Below are positions 1 through 12,774 of a DNA stretch of 64,000 nt, one piece after another; the first letter of the stretch is position 1; every line of letters starts with the position of its first letter. Source of the DNA: the human T2T-CHM13v2.0 reference genome, Homo sapiens; the NCBI RefSeq assembly GCF_009914755.1, contig NC_060926.1; one strand, written 5' to 3'. Both the position numbers and the translations under genes were made by a program. Under the pieces are notes generated by a model. The model was not told where the DNA came from. It was given only the letters and a program-made list of their open reading frames with translations, and searched no databases.

Positions 1-138
1 GCCTTGTCTCAGATGAGACCCTGGACTTGAACTTTTGGGTTAATGGTAGAATGAGTTAAGACTTTGGGAGACTGTTGGAAAGGCACGATTCTGTTTTGAA
101 CTATGAGGACATAAGATTGGGAGAGGCCAGGGGTGGAA
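1..138 (+). mobile_element. MaLR (THE1-int) internal region, 3' end with polypurine tract
   Basis: GCCTTGTCTCAGATGAGAC...GAGTTAAGACTTTGGG resembles the THE1/MST-int end; GGAGAGGCCAGGGGTGGAA directly precedes the LTR TG. Confidence 0.85.
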
Positions 139-449
139 TGATATGATTTGGCTGTGTCCCCATCCAAATCTCATCTTGAATTGTAATTCCCAAAATCCCC
201 ACATGTCCATGGGAGGGACTCAGTGGGAGGTGATTGAATCATGAGGGCGGTAACACCCATGCTGCTGTTCTTATTATAGTGAGTAAGTTCTCATGAGATC
301 TGATGGTTTTATAAAAGGCTTTTTCCCCTTTGCTCAGTAGTCCTTCTTGCTGCCATGTGAAGAAGGACATGTTTGCTTCCCCTTCTACCATGATTGTAAG
401 TTTCCTGAGGCCTCCCCACCCATGCTGAACTGTGAGTCAATTAAACCTC
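139..449 (+). mobile_element. THE1-family LTR, 3' end missing
   Basis: Starts TGATATGATTTGGCTGTGTCCCC; stops at GAGTCAATTAAACCTC without the ...ACTAATACA terminus. Confidence 0.9.
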
Positions 450-717
450 ACAGTATACCCTACTACACACCTGGGCTATACGGTGTAGCCTATTGCTTCT
501 AGGATACAAACCTGCACAGTATGTTACCATACTGAATACTGTAGGCAATTGTAACACAATGGTAAGTATTCATTTATCTAAATGTATCAAAATATAAAAA
601 AGATACTGTGTTGGACTATGAAAACAGGAATTTTTCAGCTCTATTTTACACTTATGAGGCCATCAAGGTATATGTAGTCCATCATTGACTGAAATTAGGC
701 TATGTGGCACATGATTG
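450..717. mobile_element. Tigger3-family (TcMar) DNA transposon fragment
   Basis: CCTACTACACACCTGGGCTATACGGTGTAGCCTATTGC...ACTGAATACTGTAGGCAATTGTAACACAATGG; degenerate TIR followed by TA. Confidence 0.75.
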
Positions 718-719
718 TA

Positions 720-1110
720 ATAGCTAATGTTTATTCAGCACTTAGTATGTATGTTAGTTTTACATAACTGCTTTATATCTATCACTGCAATTAAACCTCA
801 AAATTTCTTTATCATGTAGCTACCATAAGCACACCTTGAACTTTAATGTGCATATACATCTCCTGGGGATCTGGTGAAAATTCAGATTGAGATTCAGAAA
901 GTCTGAGGTGGAGGCTGAGATTCTACACTATTAATAAATACTTTAGTGATGCTGGTGACACCAGCTGCACCCACACTATGTGTGGCAAGGAGCCTGTTAT
1001 GTTTTATCATTTTATTAATTAAAAAACTAAGGCACAGAAAGGCTCTATTATATGCCCAAATTTACACAGCTACATGAGTGGTAGAGTCAGAATTTTAACT
1101 CAGTCTACGT
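720..1110 (-). mobile_element. MIR interrupted by a MER5-like hAT element (~830-990)
   Basis: MIR core AAACTAAGGCACAGA...CCCAAATTTACACAGCTA; MER5-like CTCCTGGGGATCTGGTGAAAAT...GGCTGAGATTCT. Confidence 0.6.
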
Positions 1111-1759
1111 GGCTTCTGGACCAACAATGAGTAGGTTTATCTAGACTGAAAATAGAACAAAAACATTCTTGGCCATGAAATTAGTATAATCGAAATAATG
1201 ACATGACAATGTTCAACAAATGTGGTGTTCTAGATATAGGCTAGTTTGACTGGAGAGCAAAGAAACAGAAGAAAGAAACTACGTACTATGAGTAGGTTTG
1301 CATAAATATAGCGAGTGTCTCAGATTCTTTCAATAGAGGGCTTCACCATCACCTACCTTCTGAACCTGTGTTATTTCAGCTTTTGCTGAGAACATCAGCC
1401 TTGTTCTCTTTCCAAGAGCCTGTATCCTAGGGAGATTTGGCCTTTGAAGTAGACTCATTTAAATACTTACTGTCCCTCTTCTTCCTTCTCAGGACAGAAA
1501 GTTGAAAAACAGAGGGCTAGTCTCTGTCACATTTCACATTCTGGCATAATTTCATCAGCAGGCAGTTGTCCACTGGGTTATGAATTAGATTTTCCTCAGA
1601 GTGAGGAGAAGGCAGGCACTGTGGTGTTGGGATTGCTCAGAATGTCCAACCTATCTATGGTTAGCTATTCAGCATCAGACCAGGTGGTGCACTAAGGTTG
1701 TAGCGCAAGAGTGGACTTAATGTCAGAGGTTACAGAGCCCTTGTCTAGTCTGTCATATG

Positions 1760-2010
1760 ACAGTAATCCTAGCCACTGCTTACCAAGCACCAACAGTGTG
1801 TTAGTTTCTCTGCTACACACTTTACACACATTATCTGTTATCCTCCAAACAAATTCTACAAATTAGATTTGTTGTCTATATTTGCTGAGGATAAAACTGA
1901 AGGCATGAGGAACTCAATTCCTGGTCCAGGGTCACAGAGCTAGTGAGAATCAGAGCTGGAATACAAATCACATTTGCCTGGCTCCAAAGCCCCTATTCTT
2001 ACCACCAACC
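1760..2010 (-). mobile_element. MIR
   Basis: Core AAAACTGAAGG...CCAGGGTCACAGAGCTAGTGAG...CCTGGCTCCAAAGCCC. Confidence 0.7.
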
Positions 2011-2848
2011 CTATCTTGCTACTTTTATTCCTTACCCTGTCCATGAATACATGGCTTAGAAGAAGCCCTTCAATGTAAATTCCCCCAGCATGTGATTATA
2101 CAGGGAAAGATTTATTTCTCCACTGCCTATAGACTGCACTTAATGCTCTCGCTTTTCTGGACTGCAAATGCTACCATTTAGGAGAAGAGATCATCAATAT
2201 TTCACCAAATGCTGTTAACATGTTTGAACTTGCTTTAGAGGAGCCAATTCAAGGATTCATTATCACAAACAAATGGAAACAAATTAGAGGGCTGGCAGTG
2301 TCTGATGGGAAAAAGTCAGTTTTGACAAGCAGTCCTCAGAATCCAAGGTCTGAAGGGCACTCCGATCCTTGCATGGAGCCCATGCAAAGTCTGCAGAGGA
2401 AAATCACACCATTTTAGCACTGTCTTAGCTGTGAGTAAAGTTACTAAAGCTTAATCTACAAGTTCAGACTTTGAGGATTGTCAGTATCCTCCCAGAGCAA
2501 CCTGGTAAGTAATACTCATCATATTAACAAGTTACTTACTTTTAAGTGAATTTATTGTTTTTTCTGGTTCATGAAACCTAGTAAGAAAGCCATGTGAAAA
2601 GCAAATATTTAGGGAAGATTATGAGAGACCAGAAAACAAAGCACTATGGTTTCTATTTAAACAACTACAATTTAGCTGTTACTAAATAATCCCTTCAGAC
2701 CTTAGCAGATGCTTTAGGAAGTATTTTAGATAATTTATTTCATTTTATTATCATAAGAACTTTAAGAAGTATATGTCAGCTTCATTTCTAAAAGGATGGG
2801 CACAGTCCTTTGTCTGAAATTACACAATGAGTGAAGGGTTTAATCCTC

Positions 2849-3151
<303 letters not shown>

Positions 3152-6100
3152 GAGGGGTTTTATTCTAACCAAGATCTGCCTGTCTCAAGGATCCAGAGAC
3201 TCTTCCACTGCTCCCAAGTTGCCTCCCACATCTAGAAGAGACCAAGTTAGAAGCTTACTTACTGTCAAGAACATATACCAAAAAAAAGTATTTCTTCTGG
3301 CAAAAAATACTCCAAGGAAACAAGAAAATAAATATTTTAACACAATTAGACCTGCAGTAATGTTTACAGACTGAAAAGCTTGTGAGGACAAGACAAGCTG
3401 TCCTATAAAACTAAGTTATTTAACCATTCCTATGGTAAGAGACAAATATTTTTAAAAATTAATAGCCAGTAGAGAACTGTTTAAAAGTACTCTGATTTCA
3501 GTGAAAACGCAAGTCTTTTCATCATGTTGGGTTATCTGTGCCCATGGCAGCTTTGCCATAGCAGAGCCTGCCCAGTGTTAAGAGAGAAGACCAAAGGCCT
3601 TAGAAAGTATGGCAGTTTTAATCACAGAAAATCTCTTTGTTGAATAATCACAAGTCATTTGATTAAGTGCTCTCTCCCCATGACACCAGCATTTTCAAGT
3701 TGAGGTTCAGGGCTGAGTTGTCTCAACACTAATTAGTTGGAAAACAGACTGTGATTAGAGCACTTAAAAGTGATAGGAGAATAAGGCAGAAGAGGCTAGT
3801 GCTAAATTGGTTTCCTACAGAAAGGAATCTTTCTTTATGAGCCAGCTGTGATGCCCAGGGAGCTACATATCTGATCTCTTCACATAGGAAACTTGAAAGA
3901 GAAACAGATGGGAGAACCAATTAAATAGTTTACAGTAGGTTTGGCCATGGAGAGGCCACTATGACTCAATGCCAAGGCTGTCTAACCACAGTTGAGCACA
4001 TTCCTCTTTATATTTTTTTCCTCCTATGTAACGCTAAGCCTAAGAACTAACAGGCATGCAGCTTTGCTAATTAACTGCATGACATTCCAGTCATTAATCA
4101 ACTGATAATTAATGGTCATTGAAACACATCTTCCAGCTCCTCCTCAATATCACTATTATGGTAATAACTTCAATAAGCAAATGTGAACATGCTACTTTTC
4201 TATATAAGATTCACTAATGATACTTCATCTCCCGCGTGGTAAAATCTAAAACAACAGGCTTGGCAAAGAAGACTCTTCATGATCTTACTCTGCCTAGGTG
4301 CCTATCTTATTTTTCTACTATTCTTACACTTCAGGTGAACTCAACTCCTTATAGTTCACTGAACTTCTGTGCTTAAAATGCATTCTCCAGACTTGTCCAC
4401 CTAGAAAGCTCTTGTAAAACCTTCAAATTTCAGCTTAAACACTTCTTGTCCGTATGACTTTCCCTTAGGGCCCAAAGGAGATTTAGTTTCTTATTCCCCA
4501 TGGGCTCATGGAAGCTTTATAGCAATTATCATAGTGCACTGCCATTTGTATATGCTTACTTTTCTATTTCCCCTAGTCTACTGATAATTATTTGACAGCA
4601 GAGATCCGGTTTTTCATTTTAGTACAAATATGCCAGACATCTTAGCGCCTTGTGTAAAACCTGGAACAGAGGAGGTATTCAGTACATGAATAGATGAAAG
4701 GAATGTGTATCTTTGGATCCCATCTCCCATCTACTTCTCCATGTGGCCTATTTTAGGAATGACTTTTCTCATTAAATGTAGGATGTTTTATGTTTGAGTA
4801 GCAGTAGCAAGATAAGGATAAGCATGTTTCCTAAAGGAAACATCTGTTTAATGAGAAATGTCATTACCCATGCTGCAGCATTACATACTGAATACTTCAC
4901 TGCAGTAAAAATATCTGCCTTTACCCTATTATCTTTAGCCATCAACCACAGGCTACCAAAACAATCTAGACTAACAGAGCCCAAAGGTACAAATAGGCTC
5001 AGATGTAGAGCAATGTGAGTAACTGACATTATTTCTGCTGCTTATATTGAAGCACAACACACATTTTCTGGATGCTTTGGCTACCTCTGTTTTCCAACTT
5101 GTTTTAAGCTTATCCTTTTCTTTCTTAGGTAGGACAAAGATTGTGGGACAAAGACATTCTCTTCCTCTGGCTAACCTTATTACCCCACCCACTTTCACCT
5201 AAGAAGAGACCTGGGCTGCAGCACACTTAGAAAAGGCCCTGAAACTCTAGCCAGAGTGGAAAAGGCTGATGAGGGTTACAAAGTTGAAGCCTGGGATTAG
5301 AGATAAATGTTCATCTTCCTCTATATGAATCACAAATCCTATTAGTCTAGAAATCAATAAATTAAATCCATTAAATTATGAACTAGTTTCACACACATAG
5401 ACTTTGCACCTAGTATGTGTCACATATTAAATAGACGTTGACTGTATAAAAACTGAAAACACAGTCCTTAAGCTGGTGGGTTTTGGTAGCTGCAAAGAAG
5501 CTTGTATGAGCCAGACCTGAGGGGAGGAGCTGAAACAAAATGAATTCACAGATCAAAGCATCTCAGAGAAATATCACATGAGTAATAAATTTTATAAAGT
5601 TATATCTCTAAAACCAGTAGTAAGATCTTACAGTGATTAGATAAATTATTTCAAAAGGCATTTCGTTTATTGGTGCATCTACATTTCTTTTTTCTTTACT
5701 CCAACAGCTCCAACCATCACAGATTTTTATCTACATAAAAAGATTTTCTTCCCACTGATGGCCACTCTGTCAATAGAGAAACATAAACAGAACATAATAA
5801 AATAAAATAAAGTGGAAAAAGTAAAATGCAGACCACATGGGTAATTCAGTTATCTCAAATTCAAGTGCTTTATGATCCCTAAACAGAGAAGAAATACAAG
5901 AAACACAGCAAGAACTGTCAACAAAATAAAATAGCATTTAGTGCCACAATATTTTAAATCTTCAAAATATTTTTTAATTTATGTTTAATTTTCATAGTCT
6001 CTCTGCATGTTTATTTGCCCAAACCTCTCCCTTCAGGAAACTCACAGCTCCTTGAAGGAATTGTCTCCCTGCATATAAAGGTGAAAGACGTGAACTCCAT

Positions 6101-6163
6101 GATTGTTCCAAAGTGCAAAGTTGTGCTATGGAAATTTCCAGGAAGGGAAAATGATTAGCATGT

Positions 6164-6656
6164 TGTTCTGGGTTGAATTGTATCCTCACAAAATTCACAT
6201 GTTGAAGTCCTAACCCCAACCTAGTACCTCAGAATGTGATCTTATTTGGAAATAGGGTCTTTGCAGAGATAGTTAAGACAAGGTCATTAGCGCAGGCTCT
6301 AATCCAATATGAATGTGTTTTTAATATTAGGTTCGTCCAAAAGTAAGTGCCGTTTTTGCCATTGAAAGTCATAAGGGCAAATTTAGTCACAGGGACACAC
6401 GTACTCTGGGAGAATACCATGTGAAGGTGGAGGCAAAGAATACAGTGATGATTTTTGTGCCTAACATTGCCAGCAAGCCAACAGAAGCTAGGAGAGAGGC
6501 AGCAAAAGAATATTCTACACAGCCCTGGGAAGGAGCCAACCCTGTTGACACTTTGCTCTTGGCCTTCTAGACTCCAGAACTGTGAGACATTATCTTTCTG
6601 TTGTTTAAGCCACCCAGTTGGTGGTACTTAAATGCAGTAGCCCTAGCAAACTAATA
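6164..6656 (+). mobile_element. MLT1B/C-like MaLR solo LTR; terminal CA displaced to 8236-8237
   Basis: TGTTCTGGGTTGAATTG...ACCTCAGAATGTGA...GCCCTAGCAAACTAATA. Confidence 0.85.
6327..6369. mobile_element. Half MADE1 / Hsmar1 solo TIR
   Basis: TA|TTAGGTTCGTCCAAAAGTAAGTGCCGTTTTTGCCATT-GAAAGT matches one MADE1 arm plus the 6-bp spacer. Confidence 0.85.
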
Positions 6657-8233
6657 CAGGCAAACCTTGGCAATATTGCAGGTTAAGTTTTAGAACACTG
6701 TAATAAAGCAAATACTGCAATAAAGCCAGCCACACAACATTTTCAGTTCCCCAACACATATAAAAGTTATATTTACACTATACTGGAGTCTATTAAATGT
6801 GCAATAGTATTAGATCTTTAAATACAAACTAAATACCTTCATTAATAAATGCTTTATTGCTAAAAAAAATTGCTAACAACCATCTGAGCCTTCTGTGACT
6901 CATAATCTTTTTGCTGATCAAGAGCCTTGCCTCGATGTTGATGGCTGCTGACTGATCAGGGTGGTGGTTGCTGAAGGCTGGGATAGCTGTGCAATTTCTT
7001 AAAGTAAGATAACAATGATGTTTGCTGCACAGACTCTGTTACAAAAGATTTCTCTGTCAGATGTAATGCTGTTTTACAGCATTTTACCCACAAGAGAACT
7101 TATTTCAAAATTGAAGTCTGTTTTGTTCAAACATTGCTGCTGCTTTATCAACTAAAGTCATATAATATTCTAAATCCTTCATTGTCTTTTCAACAGTGGT
7201 TATAGCCTCTTCACCAGGAGTAGATTTCATCTCAAGAAACCACTTTCTTCTTTCTTTGCTCACCCATAAGAAGCAACTCCTCATTCACTCAAGTTTTTTC
7301 ATGAGATCGTAGCAATTCAGTCACATCTTCAGGCTCCACATTTAATTCGCTTGCTATTTCCACCACATCTGCAGTTACTTCCTCTACTGAATTCTTGAGC
7401 CCCTCGATAATGAAGATTGGAATTAACTTTTTCCAAACTCCCACTAATGTTGATATTTGACCCTCTCCCATGAATCATGAATGTTTTCAATGGCCTCTAG
7501 ATTGCTGAATCCTTTCCAGAAGACTTTCCATTTACTTTGCCCACATCCATAAGCAGAATCATGACCTTTCATAGCTATAGCCTTACAAAATATATTTCTT
7601 AAATAATAAGACTTAAAAGTCAAAATTATTCTTTAATCCATGGGCTGTAGAATGAATGTGGTGTTTGCAGGCATGAAAACAACATACAAGAGTAACATGA
7701 AAAATCACTGATCACTGGGCTGGGCACGGTGACTCGTGCCTATAATCCCAACAGTTTGGGAGGCCAAGGTAAGTGGATCACTTGAGCCCAGGAAGTCCAG
7801 ACCAGACTGGGCAACATGGCAAAACACCATCTCTGAAAAAAAAAAAAAAATTAAATATGTCTACAGTCCTAGCTTTTTGGGAAGCTGAAGTTGGAGGATC
7901 ACCTGAGCCCAGGGAGGTGGAAGCTGTAGTGAGCCATGATCGCACCACTGCACTCCAGCCTGGGCAACAGAATAAGACCCTGTCTCAAAAAAATAAATAA
8001 ATAAAATAAAATAAAATAAAAGTCACTGATCACAAATCACCATAATACTAATAAAAATGTTTGAAAGATTGTGAAAATTTTGAATTACAAAAATGTGACA
8101 CAAAAATTTGAAGTGATCCCAAGCTGGTGGAAAAAATGGTGCCCACAGACTTGCTCAATGCAGGGTTGCCACAAACCTTCAATTTGTAAAAAAAATGCAA
8201 AAAAGCAAAGCACAATAAAATGAAGTATGCCTG
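6657..8233 (-). mobile_element. Tigger1, internally deleted, both TIRs and TA TSD present
   Basis: TA|CAGGCAAACCT...AAGTATGCCTG|TA; ORF 7289-7471 (ISTLVGVWKKLIP...SVEEVTADVVEIA...VEPEDVTELL) is a transposase C-terminal remnant. Confidence 0.92.
7718..8021 (+). mobile_element. AluJ inside Tigger1, with a deletion at the start of the right arm
   Basis: CTTGAGCCCAGGA diagnostic; (TAAAA)n tail; TSD AAAA(A/G)TCACTGATCAC. Confidence 0.92.
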
Positions 8234-8645
8234 TACACACATTCTTTTTGTCTCCATATTCTGATTGTGCTTTTTCTCCTTAACATCTTGACATTTCCTT
8301 AGCTCCTTAACATTTCCATCTCTACTGATTGACAGAAATTGTTTTTCTAAAGAAACTCAATGGGGCTATAATCTACAAACTCACTGGCAAGACCTTTCCT
8401 CTCCTTCTCCTCTTTGACCCTTCATAGCATGTGACTCAGCTGACTATCTGACCCCTGCCACAGCTGGAGAGGTGGGCAAGGGGCAGGCCTCTTTGATGGG
8501 GTCCTCAGAGCTGGAGCCTTAGTGCCTGCTTCCAGGAGAAATGTCACAATTATGTCTAAGGGTGACTGCTGAGTTTGAAAAACATTCTTATTAAAGCATC
8601 ATTTTTCAGTGAGGGTGGGAGGGCAAGGGTTGAAGAGAATAAGCC

Positions 8646-8706
8646 AGGTTTTCTCAACCTTGGTGCTATTGACATTTTAAACCAGATAATTCTTTATTTT
8701 GTAAAA

Positions 8707-8748
<42 letters not shown>

Positions 8749-8900
8749 AATTCTTTGCTTCATAGGATGTTTAGCAGTATCCCTGACCCCAACAGACTAG
8801 ATGCCAGTAACATACACCTGCAGCCCTGGCAACCAGAAATGACCACTGATGGGAGCAGGGGCTTGGGGCAAAATCACTCCAATTTTCTAATGGCTAGAAC
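8646..8900. mobile_element. MER20 (hAT-Charlie) containing a (CA)n tract
   Basis: TTCTCAACCTTGGTGCTATTGACATTTT...AGGATGTTTAGCAGTATCCCTG...CTAGATGCCAGTA. Confidence 0.8.
8708..8746. repeat. (CA)19 microsatellite
   Basis: Pure CA run. Confidence 0.98.
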
Positions 8901-9130
8901 TACAATGCTGAGACAAGCAGACAAGCAGAAGGCAAAGAACTCCAGCACACTTGAGCCAGGAAAGCAGGCTTCAGTGGGTAGACAGAAGGGGGGCTGAACT
9001 GATTCTAAAGAGACACAGGCGGGAAGGAGGAGGCTTTGCCTGTGCCTCTGGGCCTCTTCTCTCGTCTTTTTCTGACTTGAATACTCTCTCTTATAAATCC
9101 ATTTAACCACTAACTGTCCTTCAAGGCCAC

Positions 9131-9651
9131 TGTATTAGCCAGGGTTCTCTAAAGGGACAGAATTAATAGGATATATGTATATATGAAGGGGAGTTTATTA
9201 AGGAATATTGACTCACATGATCACAAAGTGAAGTCCCACAGTAGGCCATCTGTAAGCTGAGGAGCAAGGAAGCCAGTCTGAGTCCCAAAACCTCAAAAGT
9301 AGGGAAGCCAAACAGTGCAGCCTTCAGTCTGTGACCAAGGGCCCAAGAGCCCCTGACAAACCACTGGTATAAAGTGCAAGAGTCCAAAAGCTAAAGAACT
9401 TGGAGTCTGATGTTCGAGGGCAGGAAGCATCCAGCGTGGGAGAAAGAGAAAGTCCAGAAGATTCAGCAAGTCAGCTCCTTCCATCTTCCTCTGCCTGCTT
9501 TATCCTAGCCACACTGGCAGCTGATTAATGGTGCCCACCCAGATTGAGGGTGGGTCTGGCTCTCCCAGTCCACTGATTCAAATGTTAATCACCCAGGAAC
9601 AATACTTTGCCGTCAATCCAATCAAGTTGACATGCAATATTAACCATAACA
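9131..9651 (-). mobile_element. MLT2A (HERV-L) solo LTR
   Basis: TGTATTAGCCAGGGTTCTCT...CAATCCAATCAAGTTGACA...TTAACCATAACA; perfect 5-bp TSD GCCAC. Confidence 0.92.
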
Positions 9652-11379
9652 GCCACTTTCTCCAAAAAAACTGGCCCTGACCACATGGCTCAGAGGTCTT
9701 TGAGTTCTATCAGCTTGGACTATCTGTGCCCCTTTTTGGACACCCAACAAGGTGGTCATCTTAAGTTGTTTAACTACCCAAGTGTGGAACTTCCTCCTCA
9801 GTTGCGTGATAGCTTTTGCAAGGTGAGGTGGGGTCAGGTTTTGGCATTGCCCATAGGGTCTTGAACATCAGGGATGCTCCCGACACTTTTGAGTAAGGAA
9901 TGAATGGCATGATTATGAATGACTGGAGTGCTTTCTGAAACATATGACACCTATGAGCCACTTCCTTCTGAATTTGTAGTATGCTGCCTTTCAGAGGAGA
10001 TGTAAAACTGCCTGGGGTAGAGTTCCTCAGGCAACAGTTACCTGAGAAGCAACAATGAGACCCTCAGGCTCAAGGTACCACAACACCTCCTTTATCCCAT
10101 CCACAATGAAGGCCACAACACCACCGTAGCAGTATGTTTCTAGGATAGCTAAAGACCTGAACATTCATCCATATAAAAGTGTTTGTTGTTTGTTGGTTGG
10201 CTGGTTGGTTTTTAGGGACGTAGAAATTGAGTTTTTCAGGGATACAACATCCACACATCTCAGAGCATTTGGAGCTACACAAGAATCTATGCTACCGCTT
10301 GGTACATAGATTCTCACTGTATCAGCAGTACTTCCCTGAAGCAACCAACCCCACAACCCATAGCAAAAACTGGAGAATGCCAGAAATGTTAGTGAATCAG
10401 ATGCAGCAGACTTTACCATTGACTCTGACTTCGTGAAAATTCTTACATAAATTATATGAAAGGACCATCCTCATTTGTTCCTCAGGTTGCCTCTTCAGCT
10501 CCCCCTCCCACTGCTCTGAATCCTGCAACCTACTATGTACTTAACCACTCACTGCTCCCCAAACACACTTGTCCTCTTCATGCATGTTTTCCCCTATTGT
10601 TTCCCTGGAAAACATCCACTCACCCTTTGAGAATGACCTCAAAAGTTATTTCCTCATTGAAACTTTTCCTAAGTCCTGCAAACAGAGTCAAGTCCTCATT
10701 GTCCTGGGCAACTACCGTCCCTTGTACCCACCTCCATGATGAACACATTCACCTATTTTAATTACTTCTTTTCATCTGTTGCTTTCTCATCATTCCTTAA
10801 CTCTTGACCAAATAACATTACTTCACTCATCTATGTAAACATCTCTGACACAGGCCATGCTATACTAAGGGTGGTTCTAACATATCTGCTGCTTTCTGTC
10901 TTAAATAATGACCTGCCACTGGAGAAAACATTCCAGACCTTATAGGTAAAACTCCTAAATAAAACTGACATTAACTTAAAGATTTTATCATCTCTCGTGT
11001 CCCCAGTTTTCGTGGCATCAATAAATGTATTTGTGCAATTTTTACATTCATAGTATTTACTCTGAAATGATGGATTACCATTCATTTGACTATAGTGTGG
11101 ACTGTCTGAATTATTTTAAAAATTATTCATTAAAACCAGTGTACAGCATATCAATCTTTTCTCAGAAATAGAATTCCTTATTATAGAATGATGGAAAGAT
11201 TCTCATTTTAAAAGAATACATTTAAACTTCAAGATCTAACTCTAAACATTCAAAGATTTGGCAGTCCCAGTTGAAGTGTTTATACCTGTCTAGAATTTAA
11301 TAATTCCTTTTTAAAATACACATTTTTCTGATCATAAAAATTGAGAAATATTTCTACTCAGAATTTGATTTGAATGATA

Positions 11380-11600
11380 CTTTGTCATAATAATAATTGC
11401 TTTTATTGAGCAACCTTCCATATGATCATAAATTGCTTTATTTTATCATCATAACATTTTTAGGTAGATTTTTAATCTTACAGCTAAAGAATTTATAGGT
11501 CAGAGAGATAGGTAGCTTTTCCAAGGTCACACAGCTGGGTGGGGGTGGGGATGGAGAGCTAGGATTTGCCCCAAACTCACACACTGCTTATGTTATGCTT
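11380..11600 (-). mobile_element. MIR
   Basis: TAATAATTGCTTTTATTGAGC...CCAAGGTCACACAGCTG. Confidence 0.6.
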
Positions 11601-12297
11601 AATCTAAGACTTCTTCAGTTCAGCTACCAATAACATTTTAATATGCATGGCTCTGTGCAGTTTGCAAAGTGCTTTTGGAACACATAATAGACAAGCCTGG
11701 TGATTCATGTATTTATTTTGTGTTAGGAATAGGTAACTTATATTTTGTAAGATAATTTGTCTAAATTCAAAGAACTGAAAAGTAGAAAAACTGGAAAATC
11801 AAAGCCAGGTATTGTGATTCTCAGTTCAGTGCCTAATCCACCCTAAATTACCTTTTCCACATATTTGGACACTTAGAAGAAATAGGAAAATATGCATGAG
11901 CATATTATGATGGCTCATTTTATGTGTCAACTTGACTGGATCCATAGAATGGCCGAATATTAAGCTAAAAACATTTCTGACTGTGTTTGTGAGGGTATTT
12001 CCAAATGAGATTTGCATTTGAGTTGGTAGACTGGATGAATCAGATTGCCTTTCCCAGTGTGGTGTCAATGTACATTAATTGAGGTCCTGAATAGTACAAA
12101 AAAAAAAATACTGGAGAAGGGGAGAATTTGCTCTTCCTGCCTGACAGCTTGAGCTAGGACATCAGTCTTCTCCTTTCCTTGGATGGGGATTTACACCATT
12201 AGGTCCCCTGTTTCTCAGATCTTCAGACTTGCACTGCACTACTTGCTTTCCTGGGTCTCCAGCTGGCAAAGGGAAGATAATAAGAGTTCTCTGTCTT

Positions 12298-12597
12298 GGC
12301 TGGGCGTGGTGGCTCACGCCTGTAATCCCAGCACTTTGGGAGGCCGAGGCAGGTGGATCACCTGAGGTCAGGAGTTCGAGACCAGCCTGACCAACATGGA
12401 GAAACCTGTCTCTACTAAAAATACAAAATTAGCCAGGTGTGATGGCACATGCTTGTAATCTCAGTTACCCAGGAGGCTGAGGCAGCAGAATCGCTTAAAC
12501 CCAGGAGGCGGAGGTTGTGGTGAGCCAAGATCACGCCATTGCATTCCAGCCTGGGCAACAAGAGCGAACTTCTGTCTCAAAAAATAAATATATAAAT
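12298..12597 (+). mobile_element. AluSp
   Basis: CCTGACCAACATGGAGAAACC and CAACAAGAGCG diagnostics; TSD ending TC(T)(C/T)TGTCTT. Confidence 0.93.
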
Positions 12598-12774
12598 AAC
12601 TCTTTGTCTTTATAATTGCTTAAGCCAATTCCTTATAATAAATCCATATATATGTATATATACCTATATCTATATATGCAGAAATATATGGATATAAATA
12701 GAAGATAGATAGATGTCTATCTTTATCTATCTATCCAGCTGAGATCTCCTATTGGTTTTTTTTCTTTGGAGAAT

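Noticed and set aside
2490-2515. Donor-like CTG|GTAAGT
   Set aside because: Isolated; no convincing paired acceptor or reading frame. A non-coding exon cannot be excluded.
7289-7471. ORF resembling TIGD1/Tigger transposase
   Set aside because: Short remnant within an internally deleted Tigger1.
8575-8997. 140-aa ORF with HT repeat
   Set aside because: Translation of MER20 and a (CA)n microsatellite.
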